A DNA stretch of 64,000 nt, from positions 68,014,001-68,078,000 of the forward strand of contig OZ024743.1 in assembly GCA_964016885.1 (NCBI GenBank), in the 5' to 3' direction. This stretch comes from Eledone cirrhosa. Taxonomy: Eukaryota. The position numbers were made by a program, and so were the translations under genes. Positions 28,034 through 41,278 of the stretch are shown here, piece after piece (the stretch's first letter is position 1; each line of letters opens with the position of its first letter). The notes under the pieces are model-generated. The model had not been told where the DNA came from, did no database searches, and saw only the letters and a program-made list of their open reading frames with translations.

Positions 28034-30770
28034 ATGTTGGAGAACCAACTGTTACCCATGTCTCTCAAGTGTATTCCCTTACCCAGCAGAAAAACCTACC
28101 TTAAACTGCTTATAGACGCTACTAATCCGTTTATACGGAGAGTCAGTTGGAAGGCATACCACCTGGATAAGAACACCCGTAACCTTCCTGAACCCAAAGA
28201 GAAGTATGGTTTCAAAACATACCGAAACCCACCGCACAACACCTTACTGGACTTATTTGAAGAGGACCTGCTGAAAATGATCAAAAACGTTAAGCTCAGA
28301 AAGAAACACCAATGCAGCAATCCATTCTTAACGTCCCTTGATACACTAATAACTAAGATCAAGAATGACCCGCACCTCTTTGTCACCTCCGACAAAACCA
28401 AAAAGCTGTACAAGATGGACGCGAGTGAGTATAAAAAATTAATCTATAAGGAACTACACAAAGACTACAAAAAGACACCCTCTAGTACCCTAAATGACAT
28501 AAATAGAGTAGGGAAGGATATAGTCACCAGCTTAGAAATAGAAAAGTACACTAACCCGTACGTCCCTCTGACGCCTAAATTCTCTCTTAAGGATCACAAA
28601 TATGACTTTAATGAAAGCCCCTCTATTAGACTAATATGCCCCTCTACATCAGATATAGGTAAGATTAGTAAAGTGATCCTCGACAGAGTACTACTCGAGC
28701 TTAATAGAAAGGCTAAGGTCTGCCTCTGGGGCAACACCGACCAGGTCATAAATTGGTTCACCGAGTTGCCGGATAAAGCCACCCTGAAATTCATCCAGTT
28801 TGATATAGATAGCTACTACACCTCTATCTCCCCCATACTCTTAAATAAGGCACTTATCTTAGCTAGATCTAACACTAGCCTCACCAAAAAAGAAATAGAC
28901 ATAATTCTAGCGGCACGTAGAACCATTATCCAGTTCGAAGGCTCCCAATGGACCAGAACCAACCGTCCTGATAACTTCGATGTCACGATGGGGTCCAGCG
29001 ACTCAGCGCAAGCAACTGACCTGGTTGGGATATACCTCCTACATAAGCTTAGGGAAGAAATACCGGCACTACAAGGAGGTGTATATAGGGACGACGCCCT
29101 GTTTACCGTTAGGAACCATAGCCCCCGTAGGATAGAGAACCTTAACAAACATATACACAGGTTCTTTACGTCATACGGCCTATCCGTAACTATGGACCTC
29201 AACCACAGGGTTGTCAACTTCTTGGACGTAACCCTGGAGTTGAGTACGGGCTTATACAAGCCATACCATAAGCCTGGAGAGTGCCTCTCTTATATTAATT
29301 ATGCCTCCAACCACCCTAAGCAGACTCTCAACTCCATAGTCTATAGTATCTCACATAGAATCTCGAGGCTATCCGCCAATGAGGATATCTTCAACCAAGC
29401 GGCTGATTACTACAATAGGGCCCTGATAAGCGCCGGCTTTAACCGAGGAATTTCCTACATCCCTAACGCTAGCTCTAGAAACCACCCCCCTCATAAAACT
29501 AACGTTATAGTAAGCCATACCTATAACCGATCACGCGGCGACCTCGTTAAAGTCGGATATAATAGAATAGATAACCGCACCAAAGATCACGTCCCCGGCG
29601 ACGGTGAATACTGTAGATTACTCAATCTATTCCCCTATTACAAAACCAACAAAGGCGACGGCCTACTACCAACGCCTTCCAACCAACATCTTCGTGTACA
29701 TAAACATGGAAGAGGTAGAAGGAGTGCACCCGAGCATAACGTGAAAGGGGCACCGAACGGGCGACAGCGCATTAACACACATAAGAGCGATCACTTAGAT
29801 GGAACCACCCGTAGCAAAAGTACAAGGACACGTAATCGCCACCGTAACGTCCTATGGTTCCACCCCACCCCCCTACTCTCGAAGTGTGGCCTCCAACATA
29901 CCCCGGATATTCTTCGAAGCCTTAGAGAAGAACTTCCCACCCAACCATAGGTATAGAAAAATTCTTAATAGGAACAATATAAAAATATCCTTCTCTACTA
30001 CTCCTAACCTAGCAGACATCATAGGAACAACGAACCACAGTAAGATCACCAAGACACAGCACCTCGACACAGACGCACCTACACCTGACAATAACTATAT
30101 CGGCCTTAACAACTCCCTGACAGCATCCAATAGTGTTGGCAGCGGCATCCGCAGACGCAACCAGAATGACCGGGAAGTGACTGGGGAACATGCAGAACAT
30201 GACGTGCGGAATAACAATCGCACCATCCCGCGTGCTGTGGGTTGTAATTGTGCTAACGACAGCTGCGGTAGCGTAGGTAACAACGTAGGCAGCAATAATG
30301 ATAGCCTTACCGTGGGAAATAGACGGAACCGCGACAGAAATTGCAACTGCCGCGACAGAGGACGCTTCCCCCTTAGAGGATACTGCTTGACTGATAGGGT
30401 TATATATAGATGCACTATTACTAGCCACAATAGCGTTAAACATTATATAGGGGCCACCTCCGGCCCGTTCAAAATTAGGTTTCGAACACATCTCCACTCT
30501 TTCACAAATAGAAAACTAAGGCACTCCACTTCGCTCGCGGACTACATCACATCACTAAAGGACTTAAACATCAGCTTCTCCACGCACTGGGAGATTGTCG
30601 GCAGGGCTGCACCGTACAACTTCAAGAAGAAATGCGATCTTTGCCCCATGGAGCTCTACCACATCATAACTGCACCCCACGAGCTCATCAACAGCAGAGC
30701 TGAAACAGCGATAAGTTGTACACATCGCTTAAAAATATCCTTCTTTAGGTGGGTTAAGAATGAAGAGTGA
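28034..30770 (+). CDS. Penelope-like RT plus C-terminal GIY-YIG endonuclease, one frameshift near 29860
   Basis: SDKT, IRLICP, QFDIDSYYTSI, VTMGS, YRDD, NFLDVTL, YINYASNHP; then WF/TPPPYS across the shift; PLRGYC..VIY..HYIG..H..SF, CDLC..E, N..CTH. Confidence 0.9.
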
Positions 30771-31166
30771 AATAGTACAGTGGATCTCCCTGCAACAAGT
30801 CTTAACACCCCGGCGGGCAGGCGCAGCAAAATAACACCCAGAAAACAATCCTTGCATACCAGACCCAGCCTCAGACAAACGGATGCGGCAAAAAAAATAA
30901 AAAAGAAAAAAAAAAATTATCCAGGAAAGACTGCCCTAACACCGGCTAGAGTTACCTCCCTTGACCTGCTGCAAAATCAAAACAAGATATTTTTGCGAGC
31001 AATGAATCTTGATGTAGATTTAACCCCCAAAACTCTTTCCGAACTATATAAGGAACACTTGTGATTATTTATGCCCTTGAGAAGCCCAACTGGGCGAAAC
31101 GTACGTAGGTGATATTTTAAATAAACATGTCTTAACGGTCTATTCTCCGATTTTTTACTTTCCCAC

Positions 31167-31213
<47 letters not shown>

Positions 31214-31704
31214 TAATAAGGTAATGTGACTCCATTGTAAAAGAATTAATTACCTTATTAATTTTAACTGCTCCTAGTTTGAGCTGCAAACCGTCTCATA
31301 TATACGACTGTTATTTCTAGCAGTACGGTTATGAGACTAGTTAGATACTGTAAAGCCATGTGCGTCACGCAGTCTTTTAAATCATTTAGAAGTGAAGCAT
31401 ATCAATTTGTCTCTGGATGTTTACTGAGGAGAGCGGGACATGATATTCCTACACTTATTTAACTCGAAACATATTTGGATCTTAAAGTCTAAACTTATCT
31501 ACGGAACAGGTTTGATTTTGAAATTTAAATGTGTCTAAACATCACGGCCTTTTGCCAATACAGTTCGTCTCCGTTGATTTATTATTTTAAATCGATATGG
31601 ACAAACTGTAGTATAATAATTAGTATACTTCAATCTGGCTAAATGTTTCTTTTGCAATATATATACAGATATGTTGGTATCTGTGTTTCATCACTTACAT
31701 ATTA

Positions 31705-31832
<128 letters not shown>

Positions 31833-32195
31833 TTATATGTATATACGTATAACGAGAGAAAGTATATATATATATATACAAATAAAGATTCAGCGCGAAT
31901 CGCATTTCGGCGGGCAGGAAAGGCGAAGCGAAACGCAAAAATCAGAAATGATACTGGTAAAGTGTTCAATAGTTACAAAAATGTAAACAATGTGTTAAGA
32001 AGCCATACAAAACTGAAAAGGTGGTCAAGAAGGCATTAACCACCTAAGCCAAAAACCAAATCAAGCTAAACAAGTCAAAACAAAATAAATGATAAAAAAT
32101 AAATGATAACCAATAAATGATAACCAGTATGAGTGTATGTGTATATGTATGTGTGCGTGTGTGTTTGTTTGTCTGCATACATATATATATATATA

Positions 32196-32385
32196 TGGTG
32201 GTTTGGCAGTATCGGTAGAGAGTCGGGCACCATGCTTTGAAGCATAGAGTTACGTCCATTTATGATCTGAGTTCAAATTCCGTCGAGGTTAACTTTGCCT
32301 TTCATCCTTACGGGGTCGATAAAATAAAGTACCAGTAATGCACTGGTGATTGCTGGCCTGGTGCCAAAAAGTTGAAACAATTATT
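32196..32385 (+). mobile_element. SINE family A, full length
   Basis: Same head, core and tail as 16950-17142. Confidence 0.88.
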
Positions 32386-32814
32386 TATAAATGCCTAATA
32401 CCATACACACATACATAGAAACATACCATGTATGCAGACGTGTGTGTGAGTGTATACGTGTGGGTCTCACTGTTGATGTGGTTGGTGATGTTTTGAGCCA
32501 TATTCTTTTTATCGATATTACAGATTTTCCTCCTGTTGTATTTCTTGCTTGTAGTTGTCGATTCTTTAGTGATGTACTTATTAACATTGTTATTGCTGTT
32601 ATTATTTTCCATATTTTAATCCTAAAGAAACATTGGCCACCACCTGACAATTCGCCAATGGTAAGATTGATGAAGTCAAAGTTTATCTTGAAACTCTCTA
32701 AGTAAGAATTCTTTCTCTCATAACAGTTATTGATTTTAGGCCGTTATTTTTGTAGTAATTATTGTTGTAGTAGTTAGTGTTGTTGTTATTGCTGTAGTAG
32801 TTATTGGTGTAGTA

Positions 32815-33165
32815 GTTATTGTATGTTCAGGTGTTCCGAGGAAATTTCTATTGGGCCTTGCTTTTGTTTTTGTTGATTTGCTGTTTGTTGTTGTTGCTAT
32901 TGTTGTTGTTTTGTGTGTGTTTTCCTGCCGTTGTTGTTGGTGTAGAATTTGTTGTTGTTACTATTATTTTTGTTATGTATATTCAGTTGCTAAATGGAAA
33001 TAACTTTTGGGCTTTGCCATTGTCTTTTTTTATTTGCTTGTTGTTTATATTTGTTTTTTGTCTTGTTGTGTAGATAATATTGCTGTTATAGTTGTTCAGG
33101 TGTTACGAGGAAATTTCATTTGGGCCTTGTTCTTGTGTTTGTTGATTTGCTTGTTGTGTGTTTTC
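32815..33165 (+). repeat. Three diverged tandem units in GTT-rich sequence
   Basis: GTTCAGGTGTT(C/A)CGAGGAAATTTC..TTGGGCCTTG at ~32825, ~32980 (diverged) and ~33094. Confidence 0.6.
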
Positions 33166-33605
33166 GTTGTTGCTGGTGTAGATGTTGTTAGATGGTTGTT
33201 TAGTGGTCAAGGTGCATAGATCTCGATCCTAAGGTCGTGCATTTGGTTCAATGTGGTGCAACACTTTATTTCTCGTTACTCCAAACCTCTCAGATTTTAA
33301 CAAAGATTTTTACCTGTATATCAAACGGTCATGCTTGTCACATATTATTTCAAGATGAAGCTCTCTGAGAAATAGAATAATACTGCACGTCTCTCTAGTA
33401 TTCTGAACCTGTAGCGGGTTAATTTCACGAGAAAGTGGGCCCGTTATTCGAAAAACTGCTACACGTGTTTTGGGGAACGACTTTGGTTCAACAACATTGC
33501 TGAATCCACCTATATTGTTGTAGATGTAGGGATGTTTATTCGTTCTTATTTTTGTACGTATTTCTACCGTTATTTAGATACTGTTTTCTATCATTATTTA
33601 GATAC

Positions 33606-34800
33606 GGTTGGTGGATTGGCAGTATCAGTAGAGGGTCGTTCGCCATGATTTTCAGTACAGAGTTACGGCCCTTTTTCCTTCTGAGTTCAAATCCCGCCGA
33701 GGTTAACTTTGCCTTTCATCCTTACGGGGTCGATAAAATAAAGTACCAGTAATGCACTGGCATAATTGCTGGCCTTGTGCCAAAAGTAGTAACAATTATT
33801 ATAATTGTAATTATTATGAGTTTAAATCCAGCCGTAGTCAATATCAACTTTTATCTTTACGGGGTCGAAAAAAATATATCAGTCACGCACTGGGGTCGAT
33901 TTAATCGACTTCTTTACCCCCAAAATTGCTTGTCTTGTCCCGAAATTGGAAACCATTACTATTAAGAGTCCAAATCCCGCCGAGGTCAATATTTTATTTC
34001 ATCCTTCCAATTTCAATAATATAATGTAACTAAAAAAAAACAAAAAACAAAACACTCTGGGGCAAATTTAATCGATTTCCTTTTCCTTCGAATAAGCAGG
34101 TGTTGTGCCAAATACAGAAATAGTCACTGTTGTGTGTTTAAATAGATATAAGAACAACTTTCCCTTGCATACTGTGGTCAATAAAATAACTACAAGCCGA
34201 GTGCTGGAGTTGAATTGACTCATGAATTCCCCTTAATTTTTGGGCATATGCCTCAGTTAGAAATGATGATGATGATCATCATCATTATCATGATGATCAT
34301 CATCATGATTGTCATCATCACTATCATCATCAGCATCATTATTATTTTGGGGGCTTTCTCTATAAGTCACCCTCGGTGGTATCCCTGCTTTTGGGGGATT
34401 TGTTATGTTTTATTTTAAATGTTTATTGATACGTTTCTTTATAAAACTTTCTCACACAAAAATCACCACTGTGTGCTGTCCTGTACCCTCCATATTACCC
34501 TCTTATTTGAAGCCCCGGGTGGCTAATAAAGAAACCATTATCATTAATATTGGGTTGTGGATTAGTAATATCGGTAGAGCATCGGACATTAAGCTTTACG
34601 GCAGAGAGATACGGCCCTTTACGTTCTAAATTCAAATCCGGCAGAGCTTAGCTTTGCCTTTCATCCTTGTGAGGTCGATAAATTAAAGTAATAGTCACGA
34701 ACATGGTTCGATTTAATCGAATTTCCCTTTTCCAAAAAACATTGCTGGCCTTGTGCCTAATTTAGAAACCATTATTATTATAATTATTATTATTATTATT
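33606..34800 (+). mobile_element. Head-to-tail stack of SINE-A copies and fragments plus one Tx1-like 3'UTR fragment
   Basis: SINE 33606-33800; fragments ~33818-33963, ~33966-34125, ~34160-34265; LINE 3'UTR ~34345-34545 ending GTGGCTAATAAAGAAACCATTAT; SINE 34552-34800 with (TTA)n tail. Confidence 0.78.
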
Positions 34801-35008
34801 GGTCTGTTCGGACGCATTTTTGCTCGCTCCCAGTAAGTCGTTTTATTTACCTGTTATAATCATTTGTTGTTTAATATTTCTTGCTGTGTAAGGGATATAA
34901 GCCCTTGGACTTTGCCCTGTGAAGAGGAAAGTATAATATGTGGGCCTTTTGGCCCAAATATTTGAACTATATTTGAACATTTTACTTTTAAAAATTAAAA
35001 AAAGAAAC

Positions 35009-36759
35009 ATGGCTGAGCCACGGCCCTCAGCAGTACGTCTGTTGTCGTGTGACAACGGCATAAAAGTCGAGAGGAGGGTTACAGAAATTGATACAACAAA
35101 CACCACCACAAACAACGTGAACAAAGACAACAACACCAACAACAGCGTTTGTAGCAGTAGCAACCATCAACAACAAGACCAGTAGCAGCAGTAGCGGCAG
35201 AAATAATGATGCCGCTGCAAAAGAGGCAACTTCTTTCGCAGGTGTGGCCCGAAATATAGAGACAGTGATAGTCACGAAGAGATGGAAGTCGCGAGAGACA
35301 TGGTGACAAGAAATGACAATAGAGTTACCCTGAAACCTCAACCCTATTTCTTCAAAGTCCAGCAGCTGCGCACGGTGACTTACCGCACCGTAAGCAAAAT
35401 GTCACATCGGGTGGAGAGAGCCACGGAGGCTCAAATTCAAAAGGACTTGGGGTGTGTCTGGGCGCGCAAAACCCACACCACTCGAGGCAAAAAGTACGCC
35501 ATAGTAGACGTATTTTTCGCTAGCCCAAGAGGCTAAGTCTCACTCTTTGGAAACCATAAAGAGTGAGGAGATAGTCTTGGTGCCCTGCTACTGCGGGCAG
35601 AAATTTGTGAGGGTCAAAGTGACCCAGCTAACGACCGACGCTGGCCGCGTCTGTACTTGCTGGAATCAAGGAGAAGACTACCATACTGCAAGTACAGAGA
35701 ATGGGAAGAGACAACTGGTCAGGAATAGGCATGCAAATAGTTATACAAACTTACCAGGACTGCATCGAGACCATCCCAGATATCATAGATATCGAGGAAA
35801 GACTCCAACTCCCTATAAACATGGAAGGAAGGCGCCCAAAGTGCTATCTCTGTGGGCAGAAGGCTTAAGCCAGGACCTTCTTCCGGCAGATAACAGCCAA
35901 GAAGAGCCGCCCCCCTACTTCTGACGCCTGATCCGTAACTACCAAGAGCAGGGCAGGCAACAGAGGCAGAAGACCCTTCCATGGAGAGTAGGAGGGCAAC
36001 GTCCGTGGCACCCATACCAAAGCCAGGGACAACTAAAACAGCGGCAGAAGTGGCGGCAACACCAACAGTTGCAGTAGATACACCGGCGGCAAAATCGCCA
36101 GAGCGGGCTCCACTACCACCACCAACAGCAGTGGAGCTCATACCCCTCCCACACACACGGAATCTGACATGGAGTATGAGGCGGGAGAGAATTGGCAAAC
36201 AGTCTGCCAGAAAAAAACAAAAAAGAAAAAAAACCCTAGCTTCACCTTCCTAAAGCGAAGGCAATGAAAGAGGGGTAAAGGCTGAAAAGAGACTTGCAGC
36301 AACACCACCACCATCACCATCACCACCACAAGCATCACTACTAACAACAACCACATCACCACTAGCATCACCAAAAACACCAACATCGCAAACACAACAA
36401 AGCACACACATCCAAAAGCAACAACAAAAAAACAGCAACAAAACCACCACTCCCCCAAAGAAAGTACACAGCCATAAACATGGCAAATAAAGAACTCTTA
36501 CAACATAAAGCAGCACACAGAATCACAGAAGACAATTGCTATATCCCACCAACACCAAGAACTCTCCCGAAAAATATAAAAAATCATTGAAATTAAAATA
36601 CAACATTACAAAATTTTAAAAGAAAAATCCCCCAACGCAGTTGGAGACTTCAGAGCGTCGGTTACCAAGAGGATATACATCGACATCATCTTGGAAACAA
36701 CCATGACCAGCCAAAGAGACGGTTCTACTGTCCCTTCCCCCCACGATCAAGGTAAGTGA
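35009..36759 (+). pseudogene. Element 1 ORF1 (RRM-like region, CCHC, P/T-rich linker, C-terminal domain), frameshifted
   Basis: MAEPRP..; LRTVTYRTV..RVERATEAQIQKDLGCVWARKTH..KYAIVDVFF; EGRRPKCYLC. Confidence 0.75.
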
Positions 36760-36791
36760 TCCTTTCTCACTTACCCAGTTTCTCATCCATC

Positions 36792-39700
36792 ATGGCCGTA
36801 TCTAGAATAGGCAGTATAAATGTACGTGGCCTGGTGTCATCTTGGAAGCAGGGCCACCTGCTCAACAACCTCAGGTCACTAAACATAGATGAGGTGGCCA
36901 TTAACGAGACCGGAATCTCCGAATCACAAGCCTTAGCACTGATTTTCGGCGGCTACGATGTATACGCATCTCCCAGCCGTCCCGGTTTTGGGGGAGCAGT
37001 TGCTGTGCTTTTTCGGAGAGGTTTGATTTCGCCATACGGGCCATCTTCCTAGAACCAGAAGATAACTCGGCGGTGTTGGACGTGACCGGCAGCGAAGGCA
37101 ATGCTTTCATGCTAATAGCCGTCTACGCCCCAACAGGGGCAGGACGACCAGTTTTCCCCAGACGTCTAGAGACCTTTCTTGGAACGTCCCGCTCTTTGGT
37201 GTTAGTGGGCGACTGGAACGGTATCTTAGATGCACGCTGGGATTATGTGAGGATAGTAGACAGGGCAGGAGGGTGTAAAATCCTCAAAAACCTTCTCAGA
37301 CGTTTTGAACTGTCTGACAGGTATAGACTGGGTTATCTGAATGTGCCAATGTGGACATGTGCAAACCGCATCGGGTCATCGAGTTCGTATTTAGATAGGA
37401 TATTCTGTAAGGAAACAGATGAGGTTAGTGTAGGTGTCCAAAATTTAATGTAGTCGACTACACGGACCACAAATTTGTGATCTGTGAAGTTGACTTAGAT
37501 AGACTCCATAGGCAAGGGCCCATCTACAGGAAGCTGAACGCGTCGTTCCCGACACTCAAAGCATACAGAGATCGGATTAGCGAATTAGTTAAGCGTGCGT
37601 AGACGGGTGCGATCGTCAACAACAGGTGGTGGTTTACCCTGAAAAGGGCTATTAGAGTAAAATCGATAAGGTTTAGCAAAGGAGTAGTGATAGAGGGAAA
37701 TAGAGTAGCGGGAGAGTTAGTTAGAAAGCTAGAAGAGACGTTTAGGACAGGCATCGCAACCGACGTGCTTGCGGTGAGATTGTCACTCGACCAATTCTTC
37801 AATGCAAAGTATGAAGGCTGCGTTGTCAGAGCTAGAGCACGTGTACTAGGACACGAGGTGACGAACGCCGTTCAATGGGCCCGGGTGCTGGAGGCGTGAC
37901 GCGCTAACAAGTCCACAATTCGGTCTTTGCCTGATCAAAACGGGCGCATGTTGCTCGAACCCCAGCAGATGTGGTCGACTTTTCAACAACAGTTTGCTCA
38001 ATTGTTCGGGAGCGGCGTCGGGCCGGATCGGTGTATGGACTTCGGTGCATACCTCGACGGCTCTCGACGACCGCAGCGCAGTGCTGCGAAAAGCCGATAA
38101 CAGTAGTTTTATGAGCCGGGGAACGGTGGCGCCGCTGTGAAAAGACCTGAACAAGTGGGATGTTATAGACAACTTCAGGTCCATAACTCTGCTAAACGCA
38201 GAGTTTAAGATTTTGGCCAAGGCGTTACCAAAGAGATTGGCGCTTGTCGTCTGTGATCTGGTGGGAGAGGCGCATACATGCGCCATTCAGGACAATTTCC
38301 ATCCACGACAACCTCCATCTCATGCGATACATCATAGAGAAGGTGGTTAAGGAACTTGGCCCGAGGGGGGCTATGATCAACTTGGATCAATCTAAAGCAT
38401 TTGATAGGGTCGACCATCGGTACCTCGCGGCGGTCCTCAAGGTGGCCGGTTTAGGCCCGTTTTAGGGGCTGGATCGCTGTGATGCACAGCGACATCTGCT
38501 CGATTGTGAGTGTGCATGGTCACCTGTCGCAGCCTTTTGGCATCATGCGCTCGGTCCGACAGGGTTTCCCACTCTCGTCCCTCATGTACGTACTGGCCCT
38601 CGAGCTGTTACTGCACAAATTGGAGACGATGAGGGCGATCCCATGGGAATTGGGATGCGGGAGATCCGTATCACTTTATGCCGACGACGTCACCGTGGTG
38701 GTCTCGAGCACCAAACATGTCCAGATGCTCGGCACCGCTCTCAAGGAATACGAAGCGGGGACAGGAACAAAGATAAACAAGGAAAAGTCGGTGGGCTTGC
38801 AGCTCGGCATTTGGAGAGGGAAGTCCATGATGTCCGACAGCGTCGTGGAGCGCTGGACGGAAGGACCGGTTAAATTGCTCGGGGTCAGGTTCGGTCCAGA
38901 CCTCCTGATGGAGAAAAGCTGGAGCCAGCTGACGAGCAGGGTGGCCTCTCTCACCCAGAAATGGGCCGAGAGGAGGCTGTCTCTGAAAGTTCCGGCGGAG
39001 GTGGCGAATGCGTACATAGCGTCCGTCATCTGCTACCGCCTGACCGTCGTACCTTGCCCCCGCCCAACTCTGTCCAAAATGGAGCGCCTTTTCTTCCGCT
39101 TTTTGTGGAATGGACATGCTCACATGGTCAGACGATCCGTTTGCTGTCAACACCCGTTACGTGGACGACTAGGCATGCCGTGGCTGATGATGCGCAAACA
39201 TGCGCTGAGGCTGCGACATCTCTGGTGTTTCCTTGACGGTGAACAGGTGTGGTCGCCGTTTGCCAGACGAGCTTTTCCCCTGCTCGTCTCCTCGTTGGAG
39301 CTGCAGTCCTGTATCAGGAAAAGACCGAGGGATAGCACTTGGAAGCTGGAATGTCTCCAAGCGCTCACCACCCTCTACCGGCTGGGCACTAGTATCGATG
39401 GAACTTCCACCTCGGCGTCCTATAGAGGGCTAGTGGAGGGAAAGCGTAACGACGTTCTCGGGGAGACCTTGGGCGTCGAAGACGATCAGCTGTTCGCTCT
39501 CTTCAAGAGAACTTTCAGACCGGGGCCTATGGACAACTTCCATAAATCCCTGGCTTGGCAGTGCTACCGGCGAGCGTTGCCGGTTCGAGATAAGCTCTAC
39601 AGGCACGGAGGTGCTGACAGCCGAGCCTGTCCGAGATGCGCACAGGGTGACGAAACCCTCCTGCATCCACTTATTCAGTGCCCGAGGATTTGGGACTTGT

Positions 39701-39845
39701 GGAGCTATGTCGAACAGCTGCTGTCCCGTGTAGAACGGATCCGGTTATCGACTGAGTCCATTGTGCAGATAGCCCCGCCATCCTTCTTTAAAGAGGAGGA
39801 AGGGCAGGCAGTTTTCATCTGCCATGTGGCCATTGGAAAAGTGAG
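36792..39845 (+). pseudogene. Element 1 ORF2 (APE-RT-zinc knuckle) with stops, frameshifts and internal deletions
   Basis: IGSINVRGL, AVYAP, VGDWN, LDQSKAFDRVDH, SVRQG, YADD, CPRCAQGDETLLHPLIQC; segments missing near 38100 and 39840 relative to elements 2 and 3. Confidence 0.9.
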
Positions 39846-40103
39846 AGAGGGCGCTTGCCCTGGTGGTCAGGGTGGCTGTGATCTTTTGTGTGGTTTTCAC
39901 CACAAGTGACCGTCGGAAGTTTCCCACTTCTTGGGGAAGTTTTGTTGTTTGAATTTTTTTTAATTTCTAGCCCGATTCTGTTATAACCTGTTTACACGAC
40001 CAAAACCCACTTTGTATCGTCCTGTAATGTCTGTGCCGTCTCTAATGTTTTTCTTCGTGTCAGTCCTTGTGGCCAATAAAGAAACCTTTATTATTATTAT
40101 TAT

Positions 40104-40197
40104 GTCGATAAAATAAAATACCAGTAATGTACTGAGTGATTGCTGGCTTTTTGCCAAAAGTAGAAACGATTATTATTATTATTATTATTGTTGTTAT
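40104..40197 (+). mobile_element. SINE-A 3' fragment in the tail of element 1
   Basis: GTCGATAAAATAAAATACCAGTAATGTACTGAG..GCCAAAAGTAGAAACG-(ATT)n. Confidence 0.8.
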
Positions 40198-41035
40198 TAC
40201 TCTTTGAGTCTCAGTCATTGATGTTAGTTAACTGGAAAGTTTGTTAAAATGAATATCAAGCCACTACCTGCAGCCTCAGATATTCAGGACGTATCGGAGG
40301 TTTCTTGCTGTTCCGAGCAAGCATGCCTTTTGAAGCGTTCGAAAAAGTGTGAAGGGGCCAATTTTCTTTAACCATCCCAGGAAACTTTTTGAGATAGTCC
40401 CTAGTGCGCCTATGACAATCGGGATCACTTTGACTTCATGGCAGTTCCACATCCTTTTTACCTCCCACTTTAAGTACTGGTATCGGTTAATTTCCTCCCT
40501 CTCCTTCTCTTGCACTCTCGTGTCGAATGGGCAGGCCACATCCACAATCAGGCACGATCTTTTTTCTTTGTCCACAACCACCAGGTCAGGTCTATTGTGT
40601 TCCAGTTTCTTGTCCGTCTGTATCCTAAAATCCCACAGCACCTTCACCTGATGGTTTTCTATCACCGCCTCTGGCTTATGCTCATACACTTCTCAGAATG
40701 TGGTAAATTGTTTACTTTGCATAGGTGCCAGTGGATCACCCTGCCCATCACATCATGTCTCCAACCCTTATAGTGAGTCTGCGCTAGGTGTTTACACTCG
40801 GATAAAATGTGAGCCACAGTCTCCTCTCTCTCTCCACAGATCCTGCACAGTGGGCTAGCCTGCTCCTTGTAAATATGGTGTTTCAACCACTTCGTTTTGA
40901 GGGCCTGCTCCTGCGCAGCCATTAACATTCCTTATGTAGCCTTTTTAAGGTCTCCTCTTTTCAACCAGTTCCATGTCTGTGGATCTCTAAATTCAGTTTT
41001 CTCAAAGAAGGTACTATGAAGGGATTTTTCCTGAA

Positions 41036-41036
<1 letters not shown>
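40198..41036 (-). mobile_element. 5'-truncated R4/Dong-like non-LTR retrotransposon (restriction-like endonuclease end)
   Basis: AAQEQAL, CRICGEREETVAHILSEC, RHD, NRPDLVVVD..IVDVACP, VIPIVIGALG, QKACLLGTAR; (TAA)n on both sides of its sense strand. Confidence 0.88.
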
Positions 41037-41071
<35 letters not shown>

Positions 41072-41278
41072 GGCGACCTACGTAGTAAATCGTATCATCG
41101 TGAGCTCCGCAAAGGTTTGTTATTTCCGTTTGTTAAAAATTGTCATTTATGGAAAATTTTATTGTTAACTGTTTATAAGCGCACATACATTGTTTTCCGA
41201 AAAGGACACCCAAAAAGATTGGGGCATTGTGCCCAAAATTTAAACTTCTATTATTATCAAAAAATTTCTTTGAAAAAA

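Larger units (their letters stand above)
27413..31167 (+). mobile_element. Penelope-like retroelement (pLTR-ORF-pLTR); with its inverted arm it is flanked by (TA)n
   Basis: Direct repeat 27413-27827 / 30752-31167 surrounds an RT plus GIY-YIG ORF. Confidence 0.95.
34801..40102 (+). mobile_element. Tx1/L1-clade LINE, element 1 (5'-complete, heavily decayed)
   Basis: Starts right after (TTA)n; ORF1 and ORF2 remnants; 3'UTR ends CCTTGTGGCCAATAAAGAAACC-(TTA)n. Confidence 0.92.

Noticed and set aside
34870-34935. Twister ribozyme fit for the LINE 5'UTR (TAA..GC..AAGCCC)
   Set aside because: Closing GA and pseudoknot pairings do not fit and are not conserved in elements 2 and 3.
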